DNA of 64,000 nucleotides from Minisyncoccota bacterium (GTDB lineage: Bacteria; Patescibacteriota; Minisyncoccia; Phycocordibacterales; UBA918): NCBI GenBank assembly GCA_041688155.1, contig JBDNIW010000003.1, forward strand, positions 5,555 to 69,554. Direction: 5' to 3'. Each line of letters begins with the position of its first letter. The stretch's first letter is position 1. The position numbers and the translations under genes were made by a program. This document shows, one piece after another, positions 18,423 through 28,847 of this stretch. The notes under the pieces are model-generated. The model was not told the origin of the DNA and made no database searches. It saw only the letters and a list, made by a program, of their open reading frames with translations.

Positions 18423-20945
18423 ATGTCATTTTTAGATAGATTTTTCGGCCCCACCTACCAGAAAGAACTCAAACAGCTACAACCGCTCGTCGAGGCGATT
18501 AACGCCAAAGAAACGGCGCTTGAAGCCCTGACTGACGCTGATTTACCGGTCAAACTGGCTGCATACAAGCAGCAGATCACTGACGGAGCGTCCCTCGACG
18601 ACGTCCTAGTTGACGTGTTTGCCCTCACCCGCGAGGCGACCAAGCGAACCATGGCCATGCGTCACTATGACGTACAGCTCATCGGCGGTATGATCCTGCA
18701 CAAAGGCAAGATTACTGAGATGCGCACCGGGGAAGGCAAGACCCTCGTCGCGACTCTACCAGCAACCCTCAACGCCTTAACTGGCAAAGGCGTACACGTG
18801 ATTACCGTTAACGACTACCTCGCGCGACGCGACGCTGTGTGGATGGGTCAGATTTATGCAGCGATGGGGCTGACAGTGGGGATTGTGAACTCCGTTGGTT
18901 CATTTCGATATGACCCAACCCATGAGGAGAAAGACGCCGAGCGTGACGCCGAAGGCTCTTACAAAATCGTCTATGAATTCCTCCGACCTTGCACCCGACA
19001 AGAGGCCTACCAGGCGGACATCACCTACGGCACCAACAGTGAGTTCGGGTTTGACTACCTGCGGGATAACATCGAGTACGAAGTAGCCAACCTGCGACAG
19101 CTCAACCACGCGTACGCCATCATCGATGAGATCGACTCGATTTTGATCGACGAAGCCCGCACGCCGTTGATCATCTCAGCACCAGCACCAGACACGGCTA
19201 ATCTATACACCACGTTTGCCCAGATTTCAGCTCGCTTGAAAGAGGGCGAGCACTACATCCTCGACGAAAAAGCCAAATCAGCCTCCCTCACAGATGCCGG
19301 TATTGAGGTAGCCGAGCAAGCGCTCGGGATTGAGAACATCTACACCGACAAAGGCATCAAGTACGTCCACCACCTCGAAACAGCGGTCAAGGCCAGCGCG
19401 ATTTTTATCAAAGACATCGAGTACGTGGTCCAGGGTGGGCAAGTGGTTATCGTCGATCAGTCAACTGGTCGGCTATCACCGGGTCGCCGGTGGTCAGATG
19501 GCCTGCACCAAGCGGTTGAGGCCAAAGAAGGCGTCGAGATCCAAAAAGAATCCCGCACGTTTGCCTCAATTACCTACCAGAACTATTTCCGCATGTACGA
19601 CAAACTGTCTGGTATGACCGGAACAGCCCTCACCTCACAAGAGGAATTCTTTACCGTGTACGACCTCGAGGTCATCCCGGTCCCGACCAACCGCGAAGTG
19701 CGTCGACTCGATCGCAACGACCTGATCTACCAAAACGAAACTGGCAAGTTTGAGGCCATCATCCGAAAGGTAAAAGAGGTGCACGCCACCGGGCAACCAT
19801 TGCTGATTGGTACGGCGTCGATCGACTCAAACGAGCGACTCGCGGCGGCTCTCGACCAGGCCAACATCAAACACCAGATGCTCAACGCCAAGAACCACGA
19901 GCACGAAGGTGAGATCATTGCGGCCGCCGGCCGCAAAGGTGCCGTGACACTCGCAACCAACATGGCCGGTCGAGGAGTCGACATCAAACTCGGCGGTCCA
20001 GAAGCGACCGAAGCACAGGCGACCGAGATCAAAGACCTCGGTGGACTGTTCGTCCTAGGGACCGAGCGACACGAAGCCCGCCGGATCGACAACCAGCTGC
20101 GCGGGCGATCAGGGCGACAGGGTGACAAAGGTGAGACGCAGTTTTTCGTCTCAATGGACGATTCACTCATGCGCGTGTTTGGTGGCGAGCGCGTCAAAAA
20201 CATGATGGGTACGTTCAAAATCCCCACCGATCAGCCGATTGAACTGGGGATGATTTCACGCACCCTCGAAAGCGCCCAAACCAAAATCGAAGGTTTTCAC
20301 TTTGATTCCCGTAAGCAAATCCTCGCCTACGATGACGTGCTCAACAAACAGCGCCAGCAGCTCTATATCGTCCGTCGTGGATTACTCGAGGCAGACGCGG
20401 AGAAAATCGCTGATTTCACCGAGAAAATGTACGAGCAAATCCCAGAATCTCGGCAAATAACCCAGACTAAACAACAAGAACTTGGAGAAGACGTATTTAA
20501 AGACATATTCCGCCGACTGTCGCTACAGATCCTCGATATGCTCTGGGTTGAGCACCTTGAAGTTATGACCTTTACCAGGTCGAGCGTGAACCTACGCGCC
20601 TACGGCCAGCGTGACCCCCTGATTGAGTACCGCAAAGAAGGCACCCGGTTGTTCAGAGAAATGCAGGAGGCAGTCTACGGACGGATAGTGGCCGCGCTCC
20701 CACAAGTGCAGCCGCAAGTCGTGCAAGCCGAAGAAGAGCAACGCAAACAAGAAGCGCAAGCCGCCCAAAAAAGCGCCGGTGCACAGACGGCAGCCAAACC
20801 ACAAAAATCAGCACCAGTCACCAAGGAGCACACTTTTGGCCGCAACGACCTAGTGACCGTGACAGACGGTACCGATACCCAAGAACTCAAATACAAAAAA
20901 GCCGAGCCACTACTCGCTGCTGGTTGGACAGTGGTCGAGAAATAA
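18423..20945 (+). CDS. secA: preprotein translocase ATPase SecA
   Basis: MSFLDRFFGP... DEAD motor, HWD/HSD; ATG 18423 lies 7 nt after the -10 TATATACT (ORF extends to 18387). Confidence 0.95.
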   Translation: MSFLDRFFGPTYQKELKQLQPLVEAINAKETALEALTDADLPVKLAAYKQQITDGASLDDVLVDVFALTREATKRTMAMRHYDVQLIGGMILHKGKITEMRTGEGKTLVATLPATLNALTGKGVHVITVNDYLARRDAVWMGQIYAAMGLTVGIVNSVGSFRYDPTHEEKDAERDAEGSYKIVYEFLRPCTRQEAYQADITYGTNSEFGFDYLRDNIEYEVANLRQLNHAYAIIDEIDSILIDEARTPLIISAPAPDTANLYTTFAQISARLKEGEHYILDEKAKSASLTDAGIEVAEQALGIENIYTDKGIKYVHHLETAVKASAIFIKDIEYVVQGGQVVIVDQSTGRLSPGRRWSDGLHQAVEAKEGVEIQKESRTFASITYQNYFRMYDKLSGMTGTALTSQEEFFTVYDLEVIPVPTNREVRRLDRNDLIYQNETGKFEAIIRKVKEVHATGQPLLIGTASIDSNERLAAALDQANIKHQMLNAKNHEHEGEIIAAAGRKGAVTLATNMAGRGVDIKLGGPEATEAQATEIKDLGGLFVLGTERHEARRIDNQLRGRSGRQGDKGETQFFVSMDDSLMRVFGGERVKNMMGTFKIPTDQPIELGMISRTLESAQTKIEGFHFDSRKQILAYDDVLNKQRQQLYIVRRGLLEADAEKIADFTEKMYEQIPESRQITQTKQQELGEDVFKDIFRRLSLQILDMLWVEHLEVMTFTRSSVNLRAYGQRDPLIEYRKEGTRLFREMQEAVYGRIVAALPQVQPQVVQAEEEQRKQEAQAAQKSAGAQTAAKPQKSAPVTKEHTFGRNDLVTVTDGTDTQELKYKKAEPLLAAGWTVVEK

Positions 20946-20982
20946 TTTTGCGAAAATAATCAGAGTCGGTATACTACGAGCA

Positions 20983-21318
20983 ATGACATTCATTGCTCGT
21001 TTTCTGTTTGGGGTACTAGGGTTACTCGTCATTGCTGAGTTTGTTCCTGGTATCAACCTGGAGGGAGTCTACACCGCTATCATCGCCGTGTTTATTTTGG
21101 GACTGCTCAATGCTTTTGTGCGGCCGATATTATTCATCCTCACCCTACCGATTACAATTATCACGCTAGGGCTATTTTCCTTTGTAATTAACGCTGGATT
21201 GTTCATATTTGTAGCTTCGTTCGTTGACGGTTTTGACGTCGTCAATTTCTGGTATGCCTTACTAGGATCGTTGTTAATGACTATCGTCAACATGCTTGGA
21301 TCATCTTGGATCAAGTAG
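20983..21318 (+). CDS. phage-holin family IV / DUF360-like small membrane protein
   Basis: 111 aa, 4 TM; -10 GGTATACT 7 nt upstream. Confidence 0.7.
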   Translation: MTFIARFLFGVLGLLVIAEFVPGINLEGVYTAIIAVFILGLLNAFVRPILFILTLPITIITLGLFSFVINAGLFIFVASFVDGFDVVNFWYALLGSLLMTIVNMLGSSWIK

Positions 21319-21356
21319 CCATTGCTATCTACCAGTACCTGCGGTAGTCTACTGAC

Positions 21357-22340
21357 ATGTTTGTAGATGAATTAACTATATATGCTAAAGCAGGTGACGG
21401 CGGCAACGGGGTTGTTCGCTGGCGCCAAGAAAAATTTATGCCCATGGGCGGCCCAGCTGGTGGTAACGGTGGTAGCGGCGGTGACGTGTACGTGCGGGCC
21501 GTCAAAGACCTCAACCGACTATCAAAACACACTGGAAACAAACGGTTTATAGCTACTCGAGGTGAAAACGGTACCAACCGGTCCCAGCACGGCAGTAACG
21601 CCGAGGATTTTTATATCGACATCCCGCTTGGTTCCAAGGTCACCGACATCGCTCGTAATCGTGTATTCGAGATTACTGAAATAGGCACACCAGTGCGTAT
21701 TTTGAAAGGCGGCGGCGGCGGACTCGGTAACGAGTATTTCAAATCTTCCACCAACCAAACTCCGCTCGAGTCCACTGATGGTAAACCAGGCGAGGACGGT
21801 GAGTTTCTCATCGAGGTTGCATTGATGGTTGACCTTGGATTGATTGGACTCCCAAACGCCGGCAAGTCGACACTACTCAATAACCTCACCAACGCCAAAT
21901 CAAAAATCGGTGCCTACGCCTTTACCACCCTCGAGCCGCACCTGGGCGATATGTTCGGGTACACCATCGCTGACATCCCGGGATTGATTGAAGGTGCAGC
22001 AGCAGGGAAAGGGCTCGGGCACAAATTTTTGCGCCATGTCTCACGCACCAAAATGCTCCTACACCTAGTCTCACTTGAGAACGATGATGTTGAACACACC
22101 TATAACACCATTCGTAACGAGCTAGAATCATACGCCCACGCCCTAACAGAGAAAGAAGAATGGATTATTCTTACCAAAAAAGACCTTGTAGAACAGAGCT
22201 ATATTGACAAGGTAGTGGCTACTCTTGCTAAAACTGAAAAACGTGTCTTTGTTATCGCAGAAAACGACCGAGATTCCATCAAACATTTACAAGACGAACT
22301 GGTAACTCATATTCGTACCACGTACAATACTGCACAGTAA
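21357..22340 (+). CDS. obg: GTPase Obg/CgtA
   Basis: Obg fold MFVDELTIYAKAGDGGNGVVRWRQEKF, Gly-rich, G1-G4 motifs. Confidence 0.95.
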   Translation: MFVDELTIYAKAGDGGNGVVRWRQEKFMPMGGPAGGNGGSGGDVYVRAVKDLNRLSKHTGNKRFIATRGENGTNRSQHGSNAEDFYIDIPLGSKVTDIARNRVFEITEIGTPVRILKGGGGGLGNEYFKSSTNQTPLESTDGKPGEDGEFLIEVALMVDLGLIGLPNAGKSTLLNNLTNAKSKIGAYAFTTLEPHLGDMFGYTIADIPGLIEGAAAGKGLGHKFLRHVSRTKMLLHLVSLENDDVEHTYNTIRNELESYAHALTEKEEWIILTKKDLVEQSYIDKVVATLAKTEKRVFVIAENDRDSIKHLQDELVTHIRTTYNTAQ

Positions 22341-22349
22341 TGACGAGCT

Positions 22350-23753
22350 ATGAAATATTTCCCCACCATTGGTTTAGAAGTCCATGCCGAATTGTGCACG
22401 CAATCAAAAATGTTCTGTGGTTGCAAAAACGAACCACACGCAGCTGCGGTCAATTCCCACGTTTGCCCGGTGTGTCTCGCACACCCAGGAACCCTTCCGG
22501 TTCCCAACCAAGAAGCAATCGAAATGGTGCTGCGGTTTGGTCAAGCGGTCGGTGCGACCAAAGCCGATTTTTCTGAATTCGATCGCAAGAACTATTTTTA
22601 TCCCGATATCCCTAAGGCCTACCAGATTAGTCAGTACGCGTTCCCATTTCTGACCGGTGGAGTGTTGCAAAACATTGCACTCACTCGAGTCCATCTCGAA
22701 GAAGACACCGCTAGAAGTAGTCACGAAAATCCAGCGGGGAGTGAAGTTGATTTTAACCGAGCTGGAGTGCCACTGATGGAACTCGTGACCGAGCCGGTGA
22801 TTCATGACGCCAAGACTGCCGGGGACTTTGCTCGTGAGTTGCAATTGATTCTCCGAACATTGGGGATCTCTGAAGCAAATATGGAAAAAGGCGAAATGCG
22901 GGTTGAAGCAAACATTTCCATCAGTCCAATTGAAGGGGAGTTAGGGACCAAAGTCGAAGTCAAAAACATCAACTCGTTCAAAGCGGTCGAAGCCGCAATC
23001 GAGTATGAGATCAAGCGGCATGCCGCTGCTCTCGATGCCGGACAGACACTGATGCAAGAGACAAGAGGGTGGGACGAGAATGCCAACCAGACATTTAGCC
23101 AGCGATCCAAAGAAACCGCCAAAGACTACCGTTACTTCCCAGACCCAGACATCCCCAAAATCAAAACCTCCGAGATTCCAACCTTCCGAGATTCGGTTTT
23201 AGCCGAGAAAATACCAATTCTACCGAATGAAAAAAGGGTTGAATACAAATTGTACGGTTTGACAGAACAGATGTCCGAAACCATCATTTCGGACAATAAG
23301 TTGGACACCCTTTTTCGACAAGTGGTGAGTATATTGCAGCCTGAGCACAGCGGTGCTATTGCACTGGCCGCTAACTACATATCAGTAGACCTCAGTCATA
23401 GCGACCTACTCGATACGATAGCCAGCGAGTCACTCGCAGAGTTGATGCGCTTGATACACGCAGGGGATGTAGGCTCACGTGGAGCCAAGGATTTGTTGCC
23501 TAAACTAGCAAATTATACTGGGAGTGTGGCTGATCTAGCTAGGTTGGAGGGTGTGATACAGAACTCTGACCCCGCAGCCCTGCAAGTACTGATAACAGCC
23601 ATTGTACAAGATAATCCAACGCAAGTAGCGGAGTATAGAGCTGGTAAAGAAACCGTCCTTAAATTCCTAATTGGGCAAGGAATGAAGTCATCAAAAGGCA
23701 CCGCCAACCCAGCTATCCTCGAGCAGTTGCTCGTCGACGAGATAAGCAAATAA
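22350..23753 (+). CDS. gatB: Asp/Glu-tRNA amidotransferase subunit B
   Basis: MKYFPTIGLEVHAELCTQSKMFCGC... Confidence 0.95.
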   Translation: MKYFPTIGLEVHAELCTQSKMFCGCKNEPHAAAVNSHVCPVCLAHPGTLPVPNQEAIEMVLRFGQAVGATKADFSEFDRKNYFYPDIPKAYQISQYAFPFLTGGVLQNIALTRVHLEEDTARSSHENPAGSEVDFNRAGVPLMELVTEPVIHDAKTAGDFARELQLILRTLGISEANMEKGEMRVEANISISPIEGELGTKVEVKNINSFKAVEAAIEYEIKRHAAALDAGQTLMQETRGWDENANQTFSQRSKETAKDYRYFPDPDIPKIKTSEIPTFRDSVLAEKIPILPNEKRVEYKLYGLTEQMSETIISDNKLDTLFRQVVSILQPEHSGAIALAANYISVDLSHSDLLDTIASESLAELMRLIHAGDVGSRGAKDLLPKLANYTGSVADLARLEGVIQNSDPAALQVLITAIVQDNPTQVAEYRAGKETVLKFLIGQGMKSSKGTANPAILEQLLVDEISK

Positions 23754-23768
23754 TCCACAGGTAGAGTG

Positions 23769-23799
23769 AAATAATCTCGCTGTGCGAGATTATTTTTGG
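23769..23799 (+). terminator. intrinsic terminator after gatB
   Basis: AATAATCTCGC-tgtg-GCGAGATTATT + TTTT. Confidence 0.7.
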
Positions 23800-23812
23800 T
23801 ATACTTGAAGCA

Positions 23813-24709
23813 GTGGAAAAAATCTCGTTTGGTAATAAGGAATACGTCAAAGCTTCTGACATAGCCAAGAAATTTCGTTATACGCAAGACTACGTCGGAC
23901 AGCTATGCCGGGGTGACAAAGTCGACGCTCGACTGGTTGGTCGCGTGTGGTACATCAATCCCGAGTCGGTCACAGAGTATCGCAAAACCAAACACAGCAC
24001 GCAAAAGCAATCAGCGAGTGCCAGTCACCCTGTCGCTATAAAAACCACTAAATCAAGGGTGGAACCAGTTGTGCGACCAAAAACAGCCAGAAATCTACCC
24101 GGTACTGGGCTGACTAGGGCAGACAACGGATCAGCTTCAGTTCGAACGAGTTATTCAAGTGATGCTGCATCAGTCATTCCAGTCCTACACAGCAAAGGTA
24201 AGTCACCCAAAACGCTTACCACCCAAACTGCCCCAGAGCCGGTCAAATCCAAACCGGTCATCATCAAAATCCGGCGTCATAGTAAAAAACCAACTCACTA
24301 CGTTACCGAGAAAACACTTGAGACAGCCCTGCAATCAAAGCTGCGTATAACTGAGTCTACTGACGCTGACGAAATACCACCACTATCAAAAATAACCAAT
24401 TCAGCGACTGCCAGCAAGGTGATAGCTAGAGCAATAAACCATCCAGCGGTGATCCAGGTGACCGCAGCCAACGGACAAACTCAAGAGCTAGAATCAACAC
24501 CAGTAGAACTAGAGGAAACTGAACCAGTTACCAAAAGTCAGCGTCACAGCAAGCTACTTTTCTTTGCGGTTGCTAGCATTACAATCGCTGGATGTGTTCT
24601 GGTCCTTGGACTTCAGTCTTACACCGAAGTGTCCGAAGTGAGTCGACAATCAGGCGTCACTTTTGAGTGGGCAACACTACTCCAAAGAGTTACCGGAATC
24701 CTAAAATAG
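23813..24709 (+). CDS. HTH (excisionase/MerR-like) N-terminal domain protein with basic S/T-rich linker and C-terminal TM anchor
   Basis: GTG start 8 nt after -10 TGGTATACT; paralogous to the N-terminus of 24753..; TM LLFFAVASITIAGCVLVLGL. Confidence 0.6.
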   Translation: MEKISFGNKEYVKASDIAKKFRYTQDYVGQLCRGDKVDARLVGRVWYINPESVTEYRKTKHSTQKQSASASHPVAIKTTKSRVEPVVRPKTARNLPGTGLTRADNGSASVRTSYSSDAASVIPVLHSKGKSPKTLTTQTAPEPVKSKPVIIKIRRHSKKPTHYVTEKTLETALQSKLRITESTDADEIPPLSKITNSATASKVIARAINHPAVIQVTAANGQTQELESTPVELEETEPVTKSQRHSKLLFFAVASITIAGCVLVLGLQSYTEVSEVSRQSGVTFEWATLLQRVTGILK

Positions 24710-24752
24710 TTACTCACAGGTAGGTCTAAAAAGTATCCAACATAGCTATATC

Positions 24753-25034
24753 GTGAATACACCCACCCTCCTCATTAATGAAAAAGTATTCGTTCCCGGC
24801 AAAGAAGCAGCGGTAGAATTTGGGTACTCCACTGATCACCTCACACGCCTCGCCAGGACTAGAGAAATCATAGCTCTCCAGGTTGGGCGACGGTGGTTTG
24901 TACAGCGAGATTTCTTGAGCAGTTACGTGCTGGAGCAGCAGCTAGAAGCAACGGCCAGACAGTCAGACCTCAGTCACCGTAGGCAGTCAGAATTAGTGCT
25001 GCGGTCGGGTGTTTTATACCGCTTTTGTAATTGA
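24753..25034 (+). CDS. paralogous HTH-domain protein (N-terminal part; may continue in the 25012.. frame)
   Basis: Aligns to 23813 N-terminus (VGRRWFV vs VGRVWYI). Confidence 0.5.
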   Translation: MNTPTLLINEKVFVPGKEAAVEFGYSTDHLTRLARTREIIALQVGRRWFVQRDFLSSYVLEQQLEATARQSDLSHRRQSELVLRSGVLYRFCN

Positions 25035-25701
25035 TCCCAACGATTTGATTTCTTCGGGTGCAATTACTCAGGTTATTCGCTTTGGTTCACCAGTAGTACC
25101 TGGTTTGCCGGTGCAGCCGGTTTTTGAGGTGTCTGACCAGGGAGACCCAGAACTGGACCCAACGAGTCAACCTGTCGTTCCCGTCGTTGAGATTTTGGCT
25201 ACGGACATGCCGCCGGCATCTGGGATTGAGGTGCAGCAAGCAGAGTTGCTGTATACATTTGCCAGTAGCACGATGTCTCTCTCAGCAGCAGGGCCGTTTG
25301 CGGTTAGCATCGCCGCTGATTTGATTGCGGGTGATTTCAAAACTATTGTTGCGACGCTGCGTGACCCGCGTGGATCAGGAAAAGTGTTTTCATTCTTGTT
25401 GCGCCTAAACGCAGAGCAGACAGCCTACCAGGCGGTGATTGCGCCAGTACTAGTACCTGGGGTGTCTGATTTGATGGTTGAGATTTATGACTACGACGCA
25501 TTGGTGGTGGCTCGCTACCTGACTACGGTGACTTTTGCGGCAGATGAACGCGTCGCTAGCACATCACTCGAATCACTCTGGTTGAGCCTAGTCAGTGGAC
25601 TGTGGGCTAGTCTGCTAGTGATACCGTTCTTAGTTTTGGGTGGATTGTGGTTTATTTTTAGAAAACGGTTCGCTGCAGATGAGGATAAAGAGGCCACATA
25701 A
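25012..25701 (+). CDS. C-terminal-TM protein; possibly the frameshifted continuation of 24753..25034
   Basis: No ATG start (track uses GTG 25009); ends in TM LLVIPFLVLGGLWFIF plus short charged tail, mirroring the 23813 architecture. Confidence 0.45.
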   Translation, partial: FYTAFVIDPNDLISSGAITQVIRFGSPVVPGLPVQPVFEVSDQGDPELDPTSQPVVPVVEILATDMPPASGIEVQQAELLYTFASSTMSLSAAGPFAVSIAADLIAGDFKTIVATLRDPRGSGKVFSFLLRLNAEQTAYQAVIAPVLVPGVSDLMVEIYDYDALVVARYLTTVTFAADERVASTSLESLWLSLVSGLWASLLVIPFLVLGGLWFIFRKRFAADEDKEAT

Positions 25702-25757
25702 ATCTGCGATACTTGTATACTAGATACCAGGTATTTAACTAATGAATTTGATCATCT

Positions 25758-26786
25758 ATGAAACGGGTAGCAATTAACGGATTTGGAAGAATTGGACGGA
25801 CGTTCTTGCGCACAGCGTTTGGGCACAAAGATTTTGAGGTAGTCGCTATCAATGACCTTGGTTCGCTTGAGAATTTAGCGTACTTACTCAAATACGACTC
25901 AGTATATGGACGCGCTCCGTTTACGGTCGAAGTTGCAGACGGTAAATTGATGGTGCAAGGAAAAGAGATTTCGTTCACCCAAGAGCGAGACCCAGAGAAA
26001 CTCCCCTGGGGAGCGCAGAACATCGACATCGTCGTCGAGTCCACTGGATTGTATGCGTCCTACGAAGCGTCCAAAAAACACCTCACCGCTGGCGCTAAGC
26101 GAGTTGTCATTTCGGCACCTGTGAAAGACGATGCGGCAGCTGCTGGTATCAACGGAGCAACAGTACTGATGGGGGTTAACGACGACCAGCTCAAGGTCTG
26201 TGACATCTCTTCCAATGCCTCGTGTACGACTAACGCCACTAGTCCGCTGATTGCAATTTTGAAAGAAACAATCGGTATCGAGAAAGCCATCCTTAACACC
26301 GTGCACGCGTACACATCAACCCAATCACTGGTTGATGGTCCCGGCAAAAAAGATATGCGGTCAGGCCGAGCCGCTGCGCTCAACATCATCCCGTCGTCGA
26401 CTGGAGCCGCAATCGCAACGACGATGGCACACCCAGAACTCGAGGGGGTGTTTGATGGTATTGCGATGCGTGTTCCCGTACCGGTAGGGTCGATTGTTGA
26501 TGTGACGTTTATTGCCAAGCGCAACACGACAGTTGAAGAGATTAACGAAGCGTTCAAAAAAGCCGCCGCCGACCCCCGGTGGAAAAACATCTTTGCTGCG
26601 ACTGACGAACCAATCGTGTCGAGTGACATCATCGGGTCTAGGGTGGGGTCGATTGCTGATCTCTCATTTACGCGGGTGGTTGGTGGGAACCTGGTCAAGG
26701 TGCTCGGCTGGTACGATAACGAAACGAGCTACACTCAGACGCTTGTAGAGCACGTGGCGGCGTCTGCTCGTCATATTCAATCATAA
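25758..26786 (+). CDS. gap: glyceraldehyde-3-phosphate dehydrogenase
   Basis: MKRVAINGFGRIGR..., SCTTN active site. Confidence 0.95.
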   Translation: MKRVAINGFGRIGRTFLRTAFGHKDFEVVAINDLGSLENLAYLLKYDSVYGRAPFTVEVADGKLMVQGKEISFTQERDPEKLPWGAQNIDIVVESTGLYASYEASKKHLTAGAKRVVISAPVKDDAAAAGINGATVLMGVNDDQLKVCDISSNASCTTNATSPLIAILKETIGIEKAILNTVHAYTSTQSLVDGPGKKDMRSGRAAALNIIPSSTGAAIATTMAHPELEGVFDGIAMRVPVPVGSIVDVTFIAKRNTTVEEINEAFKKAAADPRWKNIFAATDEPIVSSDIIGSRVGSIADLSFTRVVGGNLVKVLGWYDNETSYTQTLVEHVAASARHIQS

Positions 26787-27250
26787 TGCGTATCCACCTC
26801 GCTACCGACCACGCCGGATACGCGCACAAAAACGCGGTTTCAGACTGGCTGACGGCGGAAGGGTTCGTGGTGGTTGACTACGGAGCTGATGTATTTGACC
26901 CAGAGGACGACTACACTGATTTCATCGTCAAAGCCGCTCACGCAGTTTCGCGCAACTCAGCCTCGGACCGAGGGATTATTTTTGGTGGCTCGGGACAAGG
27001 AGAAGCGATGCTGGCCAACCGGTTTCCAGGTGTCCGAGCGACCGTGCTGTATAGCGACACGCCACAGATTGTGGAGTTGGGGCGAGCGCATAATGATTCC
27101 AACGTACTATCTGTCGGGGCGAGGTTCCTATCGCTCGATGACACCAAAAAACACATCTGGAACTGGTTACACCTACCTGGTCCAGTTGAACCAAAACACC
27201 AACGTCGCGTCGCCAAGTTAGATGGTTTGAGTAAAAATATGCACACATGA
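26786..27250 (+). CDS. rpiB: ribose-5-phosphate isomerase B
   Basis: MRIHLATDHAGY... RpiB/LacAB fold. Confidence 0.9.
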   Translation: MRIHLATDHAGYAHKNAVSDWLTAEGFVVVDYGADVFDPEDDYTDFIVKAAHAVSRNSASDRGIIFGGSGQGEAMLANRFPGVRATVLYSDTPQIVELGRAHNDSNVLSVGARFLSLDDTKKHIWNWLHLPGPVEPKHQRRVAKLDGLSKNMHT

Positions 27251-27894
27251 TTCCGATTGTTCCCGCTATTATTCCTATATCAGACGCTGACCTACTGACG
27301 CAGTTAGGGCGGCTGTCTTGGTCGCCGGAGGTGCACGTTGATGTGGTTGACGGTAAATTTACCCCCCAGGCTTCTTGGCCGTGCCATCCCAAAGGTGATC
27401 CCTTTGCACTCAAGGAACACCTCGATCAGTTTACGCTCGAAGTTGACTTGATGGTAGAAAACCCGCTGCCAGCAGCGGTTGACTGGATGACCGCTGGGGC
27501 GGATATTTTGGTATTTCACGTTGAGACGATTGATGTAGATAATTTCAAAAAGTTTATCGAGTACACGCACATCACGGTCAGTATTGCGTGCCATGGGGAC
27601 ACTCCAATCGAAACGCTTCTGGAATATGCCCAGTTCGCTGAAGCTATCCAGCTCATGGGAATCAGGCAGATTGGTGCACAAGGACAACCGTTTGACCAAA
27701 CGGTGCTGCAGACAATCAGAGTGGTCAAAGCCGCTTATCCAGACAAACCAATCACCGTTGATGGTAGCGTTAACGCCGATACGTTACCGCAGCTGGTAGC
27801 TGCGGGAGCTGACCGAGTAATTGTCGGTTCAGCGATTACGCTTCAGGCCGAACCGTATGCTGCCTACGAATCCCTCGTCGCACTTATCAAATAA
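27247..27894 (+). CDS. rpe: ribulose-phosphate 3-epimerase-like
   Basis: VHVDVVDGKFTP..., TIM-barrel phosphate-binding pattern. Confidence 0.75.
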   Translation: MIPIVPAIIPISDADLLTQLGRLSWSPEVHVDVVDGKFTPQASWPCHPKGDPFALKEHLDQFTLEVDLMVENPLPAAVDWMTAGADILVFHVETIDVDNFKKFIEYTHITVSIACHGDTPIETLLEYAQFAEAIQLMGIRQIGAQGQPFDQTVLQTIRVVKAAYPDKPITVDGSVNADTLPQLVAAGADRVIVGSAITLQAEPYAAYESLVALIK

Positions 27895-27936
27895 TTCCCT
27901 TGGCTCTTCCGTCGAGCCTTTGTATACTAGAGACAT

Positions 27937-28824
27937 ATGCAGTACCTTAGTTCAACCGAAATCACCGCCCTTGAAAAACAAGCCAACGCAATTCGCCAGA
28001 GTATTATCGAAATGCTAACCGAGGCGGGCAGCGGCCACACCGCTGGACCACTGGGGATGGCAGATGTGTTTACGTTGCTGTATTTTGCGCTCCTCAAACA
28101 CGACCCCAAAAACCCTGACTGGGCTGACCGAGATCGATTGATATTGTCTAACGGCCACATCTGTCCGGTGCTGTATGCCACCATGGCGCACGCCGGGTAT
28201 TTCCCGATTGAAGAATTATTGACGCTACGCAAATTTGGCACGCGGCTGCAAGGGCACCCACACCGCCAAGCGCTCCCAGGGCTCGAGAACACCTCTGGTC
28301 CACTAGGGTCTGGTTTGTCGCAAGCGGTTGGGATGGCGATTGCGGATCGGATGGATAACCCGTACACGAGTAAATTCATCTACTGCCTGACTGGTGACGG
28401 CGAACTCCAAGAGGGACAAATCTGGGAAGCGGCGATGTTGGCTGGGAAAGAAAAGTTACACAACCTGATTGTGATTGTCGATCGCAACGGATTCCAGATT
28501 GACGGCTACACCCAAGACGTCATGCCGATGGAACCGCTAGCTGAGAAGTGGGAGAGTTTTGGGTTTGATGTGCAGGAAGTCGATGGGCACAGTATGCGAG
28601 CATTGAACGACGCGATTGGCAAAGCTCAGGCCGTGTACAGTCAGCCGTCTGTGATTTTGGCTCATACCATTGGGAGTAAAGGGGTGGACGTGTTTGAGCG
28701 CGATTTCCGATGGCACGGCAATCCTCCAGGCAAAGGCCCAGAAGATCGGGTGCCAAAATCCGAGCAAGCCAAAGTTGCCCTCGAGAAACTCCGGACCCTC
28801 GCCGGTACTATTGACCGCGGATAG
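27937..28824 (+). CDS. transketolase, N-terminal (TPP-binding) subunit
   Basis: Split-tkt N piece; GDGELQEGQIWEA; leaderless (-10 TGTATACT 8 nt upstream). Confidence 0.9.
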   Translation: MQYLSSTEITALEKQANAIRQSIIEMLTEAGSGHTAGPLGMADVFTLLYFALLKHDPKNPDWADRDRLILSNGHICPVLYATMAHAGYFPIEELLTLRKFGTRLQGHPHRQALPGLENTSGPLGSGLSQAVGMAIADRMDNPYTSKFIYCLTGDGELQEGQIWEAAMLAGKEKLHNLIVIVDRNGFQIDGYTQDVMPMEPLAEKWESFGFDVQEVDGHSMRALNDAIGKAQAVYSQPSVILAHTIGSKGVDVFERDFRWHGNPPGKGPEDRVPKSEQAKVALEKLRTLAGTIDRG

Positions 28825-28847
28825 TTATGAATAATCACGCTTAGCCT

